Assembly: GCA_016187485.1 (NCBI GenBank)
Contig: JACPJO010000005.1
Location: 7,499-71,498, forward strand
Length of the DNA stretch: 64,000 bases
Source of the DNA: Candidatus Uhrbacteria bacterium
GTDB lineage: Bacteria > Patescibacteriota > Patescibacteriia > UBA9934 > UBA10169
Reading direction: 5' to 3'
The notes under the pieces are model-generated. The model made no database searches and had not been told where the DNA came from. It saw nothing but the letters and a program-made list of their open reading frames with translations. Of this stretch, positions 1 to 8,794 are shown piece by piece. Each line of letters begins with the position of its first letter. Position 1 is the first letter of the stretch. The translations under genes were made by a program, and so were the position numbers.

Positions 1-141
1 GCGCTCCGCACCCTGCACATGCGTATGTCCCGTCCTCGTGGTGATTGATAAACTCGCCTGTAAACGGAGCTTCGGTGCCTTTCTCGCGCAGCACGCGATA
101 CTGCTCCGGAGTCAGTTTTTTCTTCCAATCGTGGTTGATCA
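1..141 (-). CDS. msrB: Peptide methionine sulfoxide reductase MsrB, N-terminal part (5' partial at window edge)
   Basis: Reverse-strand translation from the ATG at 139-141 reads MINHDWKKKLTPEQYRVLREKGTEAPFTGEFINHHEDGTYACAGCGA. This is the MsrB N-terminal signature, including the CxxC region. The gene continues off the window. Confidence 0.6.
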
Positions 142-213
142 TAGTGGCCTCTTATCCATAGTATTCTTCGCGCGTCGCTTTTTGTTGCTCTGCATGGTAT
201 AACCTTCGTCGCT

Positions 214-1677
214 ATGGCACAAGGCAACACGGTTCTGCGGTTCGAAGACGTCTCTTTTGGCTACAAACAAGACGAACTCATTTTGGATGAGGCGAGTTTT
301 TCTGTGCGCGAAGACACCAAGATCACGCTCATGGGACAAAATGGCGCAGGGAAGAGTACGATCTTCAAACTCATTACATCTGAATTGAAGCCGACGCACG
401 GAAACATCCATGTGCCGGCCGGGGTAAGCATTGCCACAGGCAAGCAAGTCATGGCACGCGAGCATCTCACAGAGACGCTTCGCGTATACTTTGCGCATGC
501 TTTTGCGGAGGTGCCGCGTAATTTGGACAAGCGCATTGCGGATGTTCTTGAGGTGGTGAACCTCTCGGCACCGCTTGAGAAGATTGTTGGCGAATTTTCC
601 GGCGGGCAGCAAGCGCGACTGCTTCTTGCCTACGCGTTGATTCAGGAGCCGGACATTCTATTGTTGGATGAACCAACAAATAATCTTGACCGCGACGGCA
701 TCGATCATCTGACGACGTTTCTTATCATGTATCCAAAAACAGTTTTGGTTATTTCGCACGACGCGGATTTCTTAAACAGTTTTACCGAAGGCGTGCTGCA
801 CCTTGATGTCTACACAGGGAAGGTCGAGAAGTACGATGGAAATTACACAGATGTTGTGGAAGAGATCGCGGTACGCATCGAACGCGATCGGGCAAAAAAC
901 GCGCAGCTTCTAAAGACGATTCAAGATCGCAAGGACAAAGTAAACTTTTTTGCGCACAAAGGAGGGAAGATGCGCAAGCTTGCGAGCAAGTTAAAAGATC
1001 AAGTCGAAGAAGCGGAAGAAAACATGGTGGATGTGCGGCGTGATGACCGGACCATCAATGACTTTGTGATTCCCGCACAGCCGTGGCCGGAACCCGTGGC
1101 GCATCTGCGCTCGGTGAAGGTGATTTTAGACCACGAAGCGCACCAGGTGGAAGTGGATTTCACGTTTCGTCGCGGCGATCACGTGCTGATCTCTGGCCCA
1201 AATGGGATAGGGAAAAGCACGCTTTTGCGAACACTTGCCGAAGGGAAGGATGATCGCGCAACGATTGCCGATGGAGTGAAGGCGGGGTATTACCGACAGG
1301 ATTTCTCTGGGCTCAATTTCAATGAAACGGCGTATGCATCGCTTGCGTCCATGATGGAAGAACCAGACAATGAGACGATACGACGCACAGGCGCGCAGTT
1401 TTTATTGAGCGGCGACGCGCTTGCAACGACGGTTGGCGCGCTTTCAGAAGGGCAAAAGGGGCTTCTGTGTTTTGCGCGGTTCGTTCTGCAAGAGCCCGGG
1501 CTTCTTATCTTCGATGAGCCGACAAACCACATCAACTTTCGCCACCTGCCCGTGATTGCGCGAGCACTCGATGCCTACGAAGGTTGCCTCCTTGTTGTAA
1601 GCCACGCAGAAGAATTCGTCCGTCAAATCCGTTTTGACCAAACCCTCGACCTCTCGACGCTTATAAAAAACGCATGA
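214..1677 (+). CDS. ABC-F family ATPase (EttA/Uup-like), two tandem ABC domains and no transmembrane domain
   Basis: Two Walker A motifs (GQNGAGKST, GPNGIGKSTLL), two ABC signature motifs (LSGGQQARL, LSEGQKGLL) and two Walker B motifs (LLLDEPTNNLD, LIFDEPTNHI). An inter-domain linker is rich in K/R/E. Confidence 0.85.
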   Translation: MAQGNTVLRFEDVSFGYKQDELILDEASFSVREDTKITLMGQNGAGKSTIFKLITSELKPTHGNIHVPAGVSIATGKQVMAREHLTETLRVYFAHAFAEVPRNLDKRIADVLEVVNLSAPLEKIVGEFSGGQQARLLLAYALIQEPDILLLDEPTNNLDRDGIDHLTTFLIMYPKTVLVISHDADFLNSFTEGVLHLDVYTGKVEKYDGNYTDVVEEIAVRIERDRAKNAQLLKTIQDRKDKVNFFAHKGGKMRKLASKLKDQVEEAEENMVDVRRDDRTINDFVIPAQPWPEPVAHLRSVKVILDHEAHQVEVDFTFRRGDHVLISGPNGIGKSTLLRTLAEGKDDRATIADGVKAGYYRQDFSGLNFNETAYASLASMMEEPDNETIRRTGAQFLLSGDALATTVGALSEGQKGLLCFARFVLQEPGLLIFDEPTNHINFRHLPVIARALDAYEGCLLVVSHAEEFVRQIRFDQTLDLSTLIKNA

Positions 1678-1769
1678 GGATGAACGATAGTTTACGGACA
1701 TCTCTATTTCCGCCTGGGGATAATGTCGTGTAGATTTCCACGTCGTTTTTCTGTTATGATGCCTTCAGT

Positions 1770-2558
1770 ATGAAATACCTTGTCATCGTCTTTGACATCT
1801 TTTTTGCGAGCATGGCCACAAGCGTGTTTGCCGCCAAAGCGCCACAGCCAAATGATGATCGAAATAACCTCTTGCGTTACATTCGATACGAATGCACAGT
1901 TGAATGTATGGGAAGTAAGGACACGAAAAAAACGTATGACGAGCTTACCGCGTGTACAGATGAGTGCATCGGAAAGCCAAAGGAATGGATCCGAGATTCC
2001 GCCAAGCAGCAACGAGGCTTTTGTACAGACTCTCAGAGCACGGAGGAAGAATTAAGTTCAGTTTCTTATTGTCGAGTCGTGGCAAGCAAGCGCGACCTTG
2101 TGGAATATCAACTTAATTTTAACACGTCAAACGGTTGTCCTGTTGGCGCTGACTTCAAAAAAGATAAATGCCGATGTCCTTTTGGAAGTAGGATTGATAA
2201 AGGCCACACTTCCTGTCGTGAGAACAAAGTCGTGAAGGGTGTAAAAGAGGGTTTCCGATTTTTTACGGACTTATTTAAGCCTGATAAAGACAAAGAAGGA
2301 GAAGAAAACACCGCGCCAGTACCTACAACATCGACTCCGCCGACAGAACAGCCACCCGTACAGCCGGTGCAAAAGAACACCCAGCCTGAACCAGCTCAAG
2401 CGATTCCGAATCCGTTCGAAGGCGCCAGCACATTCACCTACGAAGATTGCATCCAGACAGCAACACCAGACGTTCTTGCAAATTATGCGGACCGCGCAGG
2501 CATCTCACGCGGCGCCATGCCCACTGCAGAACAACTCTGCGCACGGTTGAAGAAATAA
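1770..2558 (+). CDS. Secreted Cys-rich protein with Pro/Thr/Gln-rich C-terminal region (hypothetical)
   Basis: N-terminal signal peptide (MKYLVIVFDIFFASMATSVFA). Many cysteines are arranged in pairs, and a low-complexity PTTSTPPTEQPPVQPVQ segment follows. Confidence 0.5.
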   Translation: MKYLVIVFDIFFASMATSVFAAKAPQPNDDRNNLLRYIRYECTVECMGSKDTKKTYDELTACTDECIGKPKEWIRDSAKQQRGFCTDSQSTEEELSSVSYCRVVASKRDLVEYQLNFNTSNGCPVGADFKKDKCRCPFGSRIDKGHTSCRENKVVKGVKEGFRFFTDLFKPDKDKEGEENTAPVPTTSTPPTEQPPVQPVQKNTQPEPAQAIPNPFEGASTFTYEDCIQTATPDVLANYADRAGISRGAMPTAEQLCARLKK

Positions 2559-2573
2559 AAACGAGAAGTCTGA

Positions 2574-2906
2574 TCAGGAAGACTCAGATAAATACTTACG
2601 GGCTTTAACGAATACCTTACGTTCAAGAGCCGTCAACGGGTCAATGCGCAACTCCCGAGCTATCAAAAAGAGAATATTGAAAACATCGGCGAGCTCGTCT
2701 TCAAGATGCTGCTCTGGAGAGCAAGTTTCTTCCCCCAGCTTTTTCATGCGGGACTTACCTTGACTTGAAAGCAGAGCCTCGGCTAATTCTCCCATCTCCT
2801 CCATCAGCTTGAGCAAAAGATACTCGCGATCCATCACGATCCCGTGTTTTTTCTTATAGCGTTCCGCGTTGGCCTCAATGAGACGCTGGACTTCTTGAAA
2901 TTCCAT
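2574..2906 (-). CDS. MazG-like nucleoside triphosphate pyrophosphohydrolase (small single-domain type)
   Basis: EEMGELAEALL and ELADVFNILFLIARELRIDP motifs are typical of MazG / NTP-PPase all-alpha proteins. Confidence 0.7.
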   Translation of the reverse strand: MEFQEVQRLIEANAERYKKKHGIVMDREYLLLKLMEEMGELAEALLSSQGKSRMKKLGEETCSPEQHLEDELADVFNILFLIARELRIDPLTALERKVFVKARKYLSESS

Positions 2907-3048
2907 AAGTTATTTCTTGACCATATCTTACTTGACCCATTTGCGCTCCATGTTATCATACCCGCGCCCTTCACAGGCATACCTTCCGGGGTAGTCTCCG
3001 ACCCTACGGGTCGTAGACCCGGAGGGCTCAGCGGCATGAGTCACTCGT

Positions 3049-3306
3049 ATGTTCTTTGTCTATCTGATACAAAGTGAAAGCGACCAAAGGTATTACATTG
3101 GGCAGACGCAAGATCTCACTGCCCGACTAGAGGAGCATAATAACGGAGAAGTCCCCTCGACATGTAATAGAGTCCCCTTTCGCTTGATCGGATACGAGAC
3201 CTACAAGACACGATCAAAAGCGCGCTGGCGTGAATACTCGTTGAAAAAGAGTGCTCACAGACGGAAGCAATTCATCGAACATGTAAGTAAAAATATTCCG
3301 GGGTAG
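3049..3306 (+). CDS. Stand-alone GIY-YIG nuclease domain protein (UPF0213/YhbQ-like, 85 aa)
   Basis: VYLIQSESDQRYYIGQTQDLTARLEEHN matches the GIY-YIG core (GIY...YIG...R...E..N). Its stop codon (TAG 3304-3306) lies inside the first 10 nt of the tRNA-Asn gene. Confidence 0.7.
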   Translation: MFFVYLIQSESDQRYYIGQTQDLTARLEEHNNGEVPSTCNRVPFRLIGYETYKTRSKARWREYSLKKSAHRRKQFIEHVSKNIPG

Positions 3307-3637
3307 CTCAGCGGCAGAGCAGTGGACTGTGACCAGGATCAAGCGATCCAAATAGCAGCTTCCTGCGGAGACGCAGGAATGAAAAGAGGGTGAACTGCTG
3401 GAAGCCGTCGCGTAAGACCAGCTAAGCTGGCCGAGCACGGTAATCAGCAGCCAAGCCCGCCGCATAGCTGAGGCAATGCAGGCGGGAAGGTTCAGAGACT
3501 ATCCGCAAGGAGTACTCCGACGATGTCGGAGGAAGCGCCCTCCGTCCTTCGGGACGATGATATAGTCCACCCCTTAAGGAAACTTAAGGATACGTGTAAT
3601 CCATTGGTCGTGGGTTCGATCCCCACCCCCGGAGCCA
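3297..3637 (+). tRNA. tRNA-Asn(GUU) interrupted by a group I intron in the anticodon loop (exon 1 3297-3330, exon 2 3597-3637 including encoded CCA)
   Basis: Joining the exons gives UCCGGGGUAGCUCAGCGGCAGAGCAGUGGACUGUUAAUCCAUUGGUCGUGGGUUCGAUCCCCACCCCCGGAGCCA. This is a canonical cloverleaf with a 7-bp acceptor stem, D-arm GCUC/GAGC, anticodon stem GUGGA/UCCAU, loop CUGUUAA and T-arm GUGGG-UUCGAUC-CCCAC. The anticodon arm GGACUGUUAAUCC is near-identical to E. coli tRNA-Asn. Confidence 0.8.
3331..3596 (+). ncRNA. Group I self-splicing intron (266 nt, no internal ORF) inserted between anticodon positions 35 and 36 of tRNA-Asn
   Basis: Conserved group I core elements are present. P-like CUGCUGG (about 3396-3402) pairs with Q AAUCAGCAGCC (3442-3452). 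R is GGUUCAGAGACUA (3489-3501) and S is GAUGAUAUAGUCCAC (3555-3569), giving P7 AGACUA/UAGUCC. P2 is the hairpin CUUCCUGCG-GAGA-CGCAGGAA, and P9 is the hairpin CCUUAAG-GAAA-CUUAAGG. The 5' exon ends in U (3330) and the intron ends in G (3596). A candidate P1 pairs exon CUGU with intron GCAG (3355-3358). Confidence 0.75.
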
Positions 3638-3890
3638 CTAAATCCACTCAGTGCAAACTGGGTGGTTTTAGTTTGTTCGTGCCTTGCAAATAGTGCGGAA
3701 AAGCCATCTTTTGGTACACACTGAAACTCCCCGTCAGCAAAAATGAGTTCGGAAAACGCCTGCGTGACGATTTCTCGTTTTTCACTATTGGAGTGGACCC
3801 TGTACACTCCACTATTCTTCTGTTTCGATATTTAGCGTTTTGAAAACTGCTTCTATTTCTGATTCAGAATGTTGTGGTGTGTTTGGCATA

Positions 3891-4073
3891 CTATTTCGTC
3901 TCAATCGAATCCAAGAACTTATCAAACTCCTCCTTCGGAATCCGATAACCCTTGCCGAGTCTGTGTGCCTTGAGCTTTCCGGCCTCGATGTAACGGTAAA
4001 TGGTCATTTCGCTGACTCGTAGCTTCTCTGCCAGCTCAGAGACAAGATAGAAGTCTGGTATTTGGGTTGCCAT
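3891..4073 (-). CDS. Excisionase/MerR-like helix-turn-helix DNA-binding protein (60 aa)
   Basis: LVSELAEKLRVSEMTIYRYIEAGKLKAHRLGKGYRIPKEEF matches the Xis/helix-turn-helix_17 family pattern. It lies next to a tRNA and an R-M system. Confidence 0.6.
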   Translation of the reverse strand: MATQIPDFYLVSELAEKLRVSEMTIYRYIEAGKLKAHRLGKGYRIPKEEFDKFLDSIETK

Positions 4074-4076
4074 ACG

Positions 4077-5996
4077 TTAGAACAGCACGAGTGACTCCCC
4101 AAAAATCTGTGTGAGCTCCCATTTGCGAGTCGTATCAACGGCACGGTGTAGACCGATGAAACGAATATCTTTTTGACCCTCAAGAGCCTTGATGGTTGAT
4201 TCTTTCAAATCTGCATCAAGACAAACGAGTGCGGAACGGTCTCCGTCCGTAACTTTCCAAACCGCATTGTCTGCAAACTGGTCGAGCTTCTCTTTGTTCA
4301 TCGTGAGAGTGAAGCCCTGCTTGATGAGCATTTCGTATTGCAAGTCTGTCTCTTTGTTTTTTGGGTCAAAGAGTAGTTGCTGTTTTGCTCGCGCAAGATG
4401 TTCTTGAAATGCTTCAACGTTCTCTTCATCCGATTTTTCTGGGTCCGGTTGGTATGTGTTTTCAGGGAAGATGCTTGTTGTGAGCTTGAAGACCTTGAAT
4501 CCAGTATCAACGTCAGGCTTCTCAGAATGAATCCGTTCACCCGCGCGTTTTACACGCTCGATAGTGATATCGGATATTTTTTTATACCCAGCTTTGAATG
4601 CCTCGCTTTTTTCGTCGGTTGCTTCTGGAATCTGAACCATTACGGATTTTCTATTTCCACCGTCTTCTTGGTTGAGATCCATTACTGCATGTCCTGTAGT
4701 TCCAGAACCGGCAAAAAAATCAACGATAATGTCCTCATTTTTTGTGATGGTTTTCAGTATGACTTTGATGAGCTCAAGTGATTTTGGCGATGGGAACAGT
4801 TTGGCTTTAGTCTCAAATAAATCATTGAATACTGCTTGTCCTTTTTCAGTAAAATACTTCTTATCGTTCAAGATGCTTTTGAGCATTTTCTCAGCCCCGC
4901 TGGCATATGATTTGCGGTATATCTTCCATTGGCCATTTACTTGCTTTGCTAACAAAAACTCCGTTTCATTCTCGCTTTTTTCTTTTCCCCAAGCCCAACA
5001 CCCGTTGAAGCCGTCGTCCCAATCTGGATACACCGCAATGCCTTCCGGTGTTTTTCTCAAACTAATCTCTCCCGACTTATCGTCAACGAAAAATGGATAA
5101 TGAAGGTTCGGACGATTATGCTTACCAAACTCTCTATGTGTGTTACGGAGTTCGAGAAGACGATATTTTCCACCGTCGTCTTCCTCAGAGTATTCCGCTG
5201 CTATTTGCTCAGCATCTTTCTCAATCGCGAAATAGCCCTTAGGGAGCTGTGTTTTCGAATAACACAATACGTACTCATGATTTGTAGCAAAATATTTATC
5301 TTGCGAACGACCTTTTGGATTGCAGAGAACAGTTAGCTGTGCGACAAAGTTTTCTTCACCAAAAATCTCATCCATTAGTTTTCGAAGGTGGTGTATTTCG
5401 TTATCGTCAATAGAAATAAACACGGCTCCTTCATCTTTCAACATCATCTGCGCCAACAAGAGACGTGGCATCATCATATTGAGCCAGTTGGTGTGGTAGC
5501 GGCCGGCGCTCTCGGTGTTTGTGTCCATCTTTACACCGTCACGGAAGAGGCCGTTTTTCTCCCAGTATGCCTGCTTGCCCTCGGAGTAATCATCTGAATA
5601 GACAGAGTCATGACCCGTGTTGTAGGGAGGGTCAATGTAGATACACTTCACTTTGTTGTAGTACGCCTTCGAAAGAAGTTTTAGAACCTCCAGATTCTCC
5701 CCCTCAATAATCACGTTTTGTGTTTTATCAAAATCAACGCTGCGCTCCACGTCGGGCGCAAGGCGAGCTTTGCTCGGGGTGAAGGCATGCTTCTTAGCGT
5801 GCATCTTGCCCGGCCAGCGGAACTCAAACTTTTCGCCAAGGGAAACGTCAAAGTTGTGTGCGAGAGCATGTACCTCCTCTACATTCAGCTTTCCCTCATC
5901 GGTAAACAAATCAGGATAGAGCCGCTTTATTGCCTCAAGGCGCTCGAGGCGGTGGTCAGGGCTCTGTAATGCTGGGTTTTGTGGTTCGTGCGTCAT
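4077..5996 (-). CDS. mod: Type III restriction-modification methyltransferase (Mod), beta-class N6-adenine/N4-cytosine MTase
   Basis: Motif IV is DPPY (IYIDPPYNTG), located N-terminal to motif I (IIVDFFAGSGTTGHAV). This beta-class order is typical of Mod proteins. The protein is 639 aa and the gene is immediately downstream of res. Confidence 0.85.
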   Translation of the reverse strand: MTHEPQNPALQSPDHRLERLEAIKRLYPDLFTDEGKLNVEEVHALAHNFDVSLGEKFEFRWPGKMHAKKHAFTPSKARLAPDVERSVDFDKTQNVIIEGENLEVLKLLSKAYYNKVKCIYIDPPYNTGHDSVYSDDYSEGKQAYWEKNGLFRDGVKMDTNTESAGRYHTNWLNMMMPRLLLAQMMLKDEGAVFISIDDNEIHHLRKLMDEIFGEENFVAQLTVLCNPKGRSQDKYFATNHEYVLCYSKTQLPKGYFAIEKDAEQIAAEYSEEDDGGKYRLLELRNTHREFGKHNRPNLHYPFFVDDKSGEISLRKTPEGIAVYPDWDDGFNGCWAWGKEKSENETEFLLAKQVNGQWKIYRKSYASGAEKMLKSILNDKKYFTEKGQAVFNDLFETKAKLFPSPKSLELIKVILKTITKNEDIIVDFFAGSGTTGHAVMDLNQEDGGNRKSVMVQIPEATDEKSEAFKAGYKKISDITIERVKRAGERIHSEKPDVDTGFKVFKLTTSIFPENTYQPDPEKSDEENVEAFQEHLARAKQQLLFDPKNKETDLQYEMLIKQGFTLTMNKEKLDQFADNAVWKVTDGDRSALVCLDADLKESTIKALEGQKDIRFIGLHRAVDTTRKWELTQIFGESLVLF

Positions 5997-6006
5997 ATAG
6001 GCGTAT

Positions 6007-8703
6007 TTAGGCGGTCACAAGGCGTTCTGCTTTTCGTTCTGGGCGTTTGCCTTCATCCGCAATCGGTGGGAAGGCATCGGTCATGTAGTATTCCTCCAGG
6101 CCAATGGCTTTGAAATGAGCTATGGCACATCTTATTTTGGCTCGTTCCTCATCGTCGAGAACCGGTTGATTTTCTTGGAAGCCCTTAGTCTCAACGACGA
6201 AGTGGTAGGTGGTAGCCTCCCCCTCATCAATCGACCGCTTTTCTATGACCAGCGCCCAATCGGGGTTGTAGGGTCCAACGGGGGTTGGGATTTTGTACCA
6301 GTCTGGGAGTTTGATAAAACACCGGACCCGATTCTCTCCATCAATGTCTTGCGCGAAGCGTTTCTCGATGGAGCTGTTGTAGACAACGTGGTCGTACACG
6401 CCTCCGCTCACCTTGATTGCGTCCTGGTACGTCTCGAATGCCTCTTTGAACTCATCCTTGCCGTAACGGTCGCTCTTTGGTTCGTAGCGCACACAACGCA
6501 CCATGGCGTGCTTGATGATACTCTTCATGGCTACGGATGCTTTGGAGAGAAACGCGACCGGATTTTGAGCTACTTTCTTTTGGTCGCGTACACCGTGAAG
6601 AATCTCTTCAATCGCTCCCATGGAGAGCCATGTCTCTTCTGCGAGCTCAGCGACGAGGTCGACTTTCGGAGCAGAGGCAACAGCGATATCTTTTATCTCT
6701 TCGCCTTTGTAGTCGTCGCTAAACGTGATGCCGTTTTGAGTATTTTGTTGCATGGAAGTAATGCGCGTGAGCGTGGCCTGCACGCGCGGGGGAGGAACAG
6801 AAAGACCATTGAGGGTTTTTACACAATCGTTCACGATGGTTTGTTCATCGAAATGAACGGTGTATTTGGTTTTGCGAGAAATAACCTCCCAGAGCCGGTC
6901 GAAATCTGAACTCTCAAAGACGGCTTTGTTGCGCTTCACTTTAGTGAGCGCTCGACGGGCATCTGTTAGTACCATCTCTTGCGCCTTATCTCCGTATTCA
7001 TCTGCGAGCTCATTTTGATATTGCGAAACAAACTCGGCGTAGCTTTGGTTGGGAATAACGGTCAGCAAGTTAACCGGAATACCACTCTCCATTTTCTCCG
7101 GGTCGCGTACACGGCTGCCGGTCTGGTCTACGCAAATACGAAGTCCGCGTCCAATCTCTTGACGCTTCTGAATCACGCTCTCTGTTTCGTTGAGGGTGCA
7201 TATGTTGAAGACGTTCGGGTTATCCCAACCAACTCCGAGTGCGGAGTGGGAGAACAAAAACTCGAGTGGTTCATCAACCGAAAGGAGTCTCTCTTTGTCG
7301 CGCATGATGAGGTCGAAAACGTCATCATTCTTTTGCATCGCGGCAACGCTGTCGGTCCATTCGCCCTTGCCGGTCTTGGCGAAGTATCCACCGTGCACAG
7401 CGTTCGTGTCACTCGGAAGTTTACCGTATTTTTTCTTATATTCCTCTGAGTAGCATTCGTTGAACAAACGACGAATCAAACCCTCCTCGTCAACGTAGTT
7501 AGCAACGCGGTCAATGAAAAAGAGTGACAACACTTTGACGCCAATCTCTGCCAACTGTTCCTTCTTTTTGAAATGTTGAGCAATCGTGAGCCGGATTTGT
7601 TCGCGGAAGATTGCCTCCTTGTCTTGCCCGTGACCGGCACCTTGCGCGAGCTCGGTTCCATTGGTGAATCGAATGCGGGCTACCTCATCACCCATATCCT
7701 TCCAGACGCGGTCGACAACCCAACCTTCGTAGGCGGGATTTTTGGTCTTCTTGCCGAGGTCATCATCCTTCGTCACTTTGATGGTCTTTTGTTTGAAACC
7801 TCCCCCAGCCAAACGAACCATAACGCCGATTTTTGCATGTGGCTGTTTACCAGCAGTAAAATCAACATCATGCACAACGATGTTTGTGGTGCTCTCTTTG
7901 TTTTCTTCATGGACAGACAGGACTTCTACCTGCTTCACGAGCCGCTTGTTGTACGCATCAAACGGCGTCAGCTGGTGGACGAGGTTCTTCACCACTTTGT
8001 GCGTGGCTGAGTAGCGCAACTTGAGGAGCGGATTGAGTCCCTCAAGACGCTTCACCATGTTGGGGGAGTCCATGCCCTCCTGTGGTTCGTCCATGATAAT
8101 AACCGGCTGAACCTGGCGAATGAGTTCAATAAGTTTTTCGCCGCCATTGCTATCGCGTTCCTGGTTGATGATACGGTCATCCGTATTGAACGCCTGCACG
8201 TTCATGACCATGATTTGCAAATCGGCAGACTGTGCGTAACCGCGAATCATTGTTGGCTTTTTGCTGTCGTAGGCAAAGGCACGGTGGTTGACGCCGTAGA
8301 TAGTTTTGAAATGGTCAGCGGCAATCTCAAGGGTCTTGAGTACACCCTCTTTCACCGCGATTGAGGGTACAAGAATAATAAACTTCGAAAGGCCGTAGGA
8401 TTTGTTGAGTTCAAAAATCGTGCGCAGGTAGACATATGTTTTACCTGTACCTGTTTCCATCTCAACGGAAAAATCGAGCTCATCAATCGGTCGGGCATCG
8501 AGAATGTTGTTGAGTTTTGCTACACGGTCGCGATTCTCTCGCACAGCTTCTGGTGCGATGCGAAGGTCATTGGCACAAACGCCGGCAAAGAGCCGGTCTT
8601 CCGCGCGAACGTAGGGCGCTCCAACAAACAGTTGAACCACCGAAGCGATAGCATCAAGCTGGTACTGGAGGTTGGCTTCAAAGTGGAGCTTTAGCATATT
8701 CAT
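6007..8703 (-). CDS. res: Type III restriction enzyme Res subunit (SF2 helicase plus endonuclease)
   Basis: Helicase motif I is METGTGKTYV and motif II is DEAD-like IIMDEPQ. The protein is 898 aa and co-oriented with, and adjacent to, mod. Confidence 0.85.
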   Translation of the reverse strand: MNMLKLHFEANLQYQLDAIASVVQLFVGAPYVRAEDRLFAGVCANDLRIAPEAVRENRDRVAKLNNILDARPIDELDFSVEMETGTGKTYVYLRTIFELNKSYGLSKFIILVPSIAVKEGVLKTLEIAADHFKTIYGVNHRAFAYDSKKPTMIRGYAQSADLQIMVMNVQAFNTDDRIINQERDSNGGEKLIELIRQVQPVIIMDEPQEGMDSPNMVKRLEGLNPLLKLRYSATHKVVKNLVHQLTPFDAYNKRLVKQVEVLSVHEENKESTTNIVVHDVDFTAGKQPHAKIGVMVRLAGGGFKQKTIKVTKDDDLGKKTKNPAYEGWVVDRVWKDMGDEVARIRFTNGTELAQGAGHGQDKEAIFREQIRLTIAQHFKKKEQLAEIGVKVLSLFFIDRVANYVDEEGLIRRLFNECYSEEYKKKYGKLPSDTNAVHGGYFAKTGKGEWTDSVAAMQKNDDVFDLIMRDKERLLSVDEPLEFLFSHSALGVGWDNPNVFNICTLNETESVIQKRQEIGRGLRICVDQTGSRVRDPEKMESGIPVNLLTVIPNQSYAEFVSQYQNELADEYGDKAQEMVLTDARRALTKVKRNKAVFESSDFDRLWEVISRKTKYTVHFDEQTIVNDCVKTLNGLSVPPPRVQATLTRITSMQQNTQNGITFSDDYKGEEIKDIAVASAPKVDLVAELAEETWLSMGAIEEILHGVRDQKKVAQNPVAFLSKASVAMKSIIKHAMVRCVRYEPKSDRYGKDEFKEAFETYQDAIKVSGGVYDHVVYNSSIEKRFAQDIDGENRVRCFIKLPDWYKIPTPVGPYNPDWALVIEKRSIDEGEATTYHFVVETKGFQENQPVLDDEERAKIRCAIAHFKAIGLEEYYMTDAFPPIADEGKRPERKAERLVTA

Positions 8704-8794
8704 TCTCGCAGGATTTTATAGTTGCAAGTATTCTATCATCTCTTAACAATGCTTAACAATAGAAAAGCCCCCGTACGGAGGGGCTTGCTGTGGA

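Noticed and set aside
139-612. 157-aa minus-strand ORF, plus nested 261..536 and 467..679 ORFs
   Set aside because: These ORFs are entirely antisense to the well-supported ABC-F ATPase gene and have an Arg/His/Cys-rich, low-complexity composition. They are frame artefacts.
3327-3600. Alternative splice junction giving anticodon UGU (tRNA-Thr) or an intron at 33/34
   Set aside because: Only the 3330|3331 and 3596|3597 junctions produce a 7-nt loop CUGUUAA with a 5-bp stem, and a 5' exon ending in U and an intron ending in G. They also give a near-identical match to known tRNA-Asn anticodon arms. Other junctions give 5- or 9-nt loops.
3214-3807. Minus-strand ORFs 3214..3465 (83 aa) and 3574..3807 (77 aa)
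   Set aside because: Both overlap the group I intron and the tRNA exon 2, where conserved RNA structure explains the sequence. Neither shows a protein-like motif.
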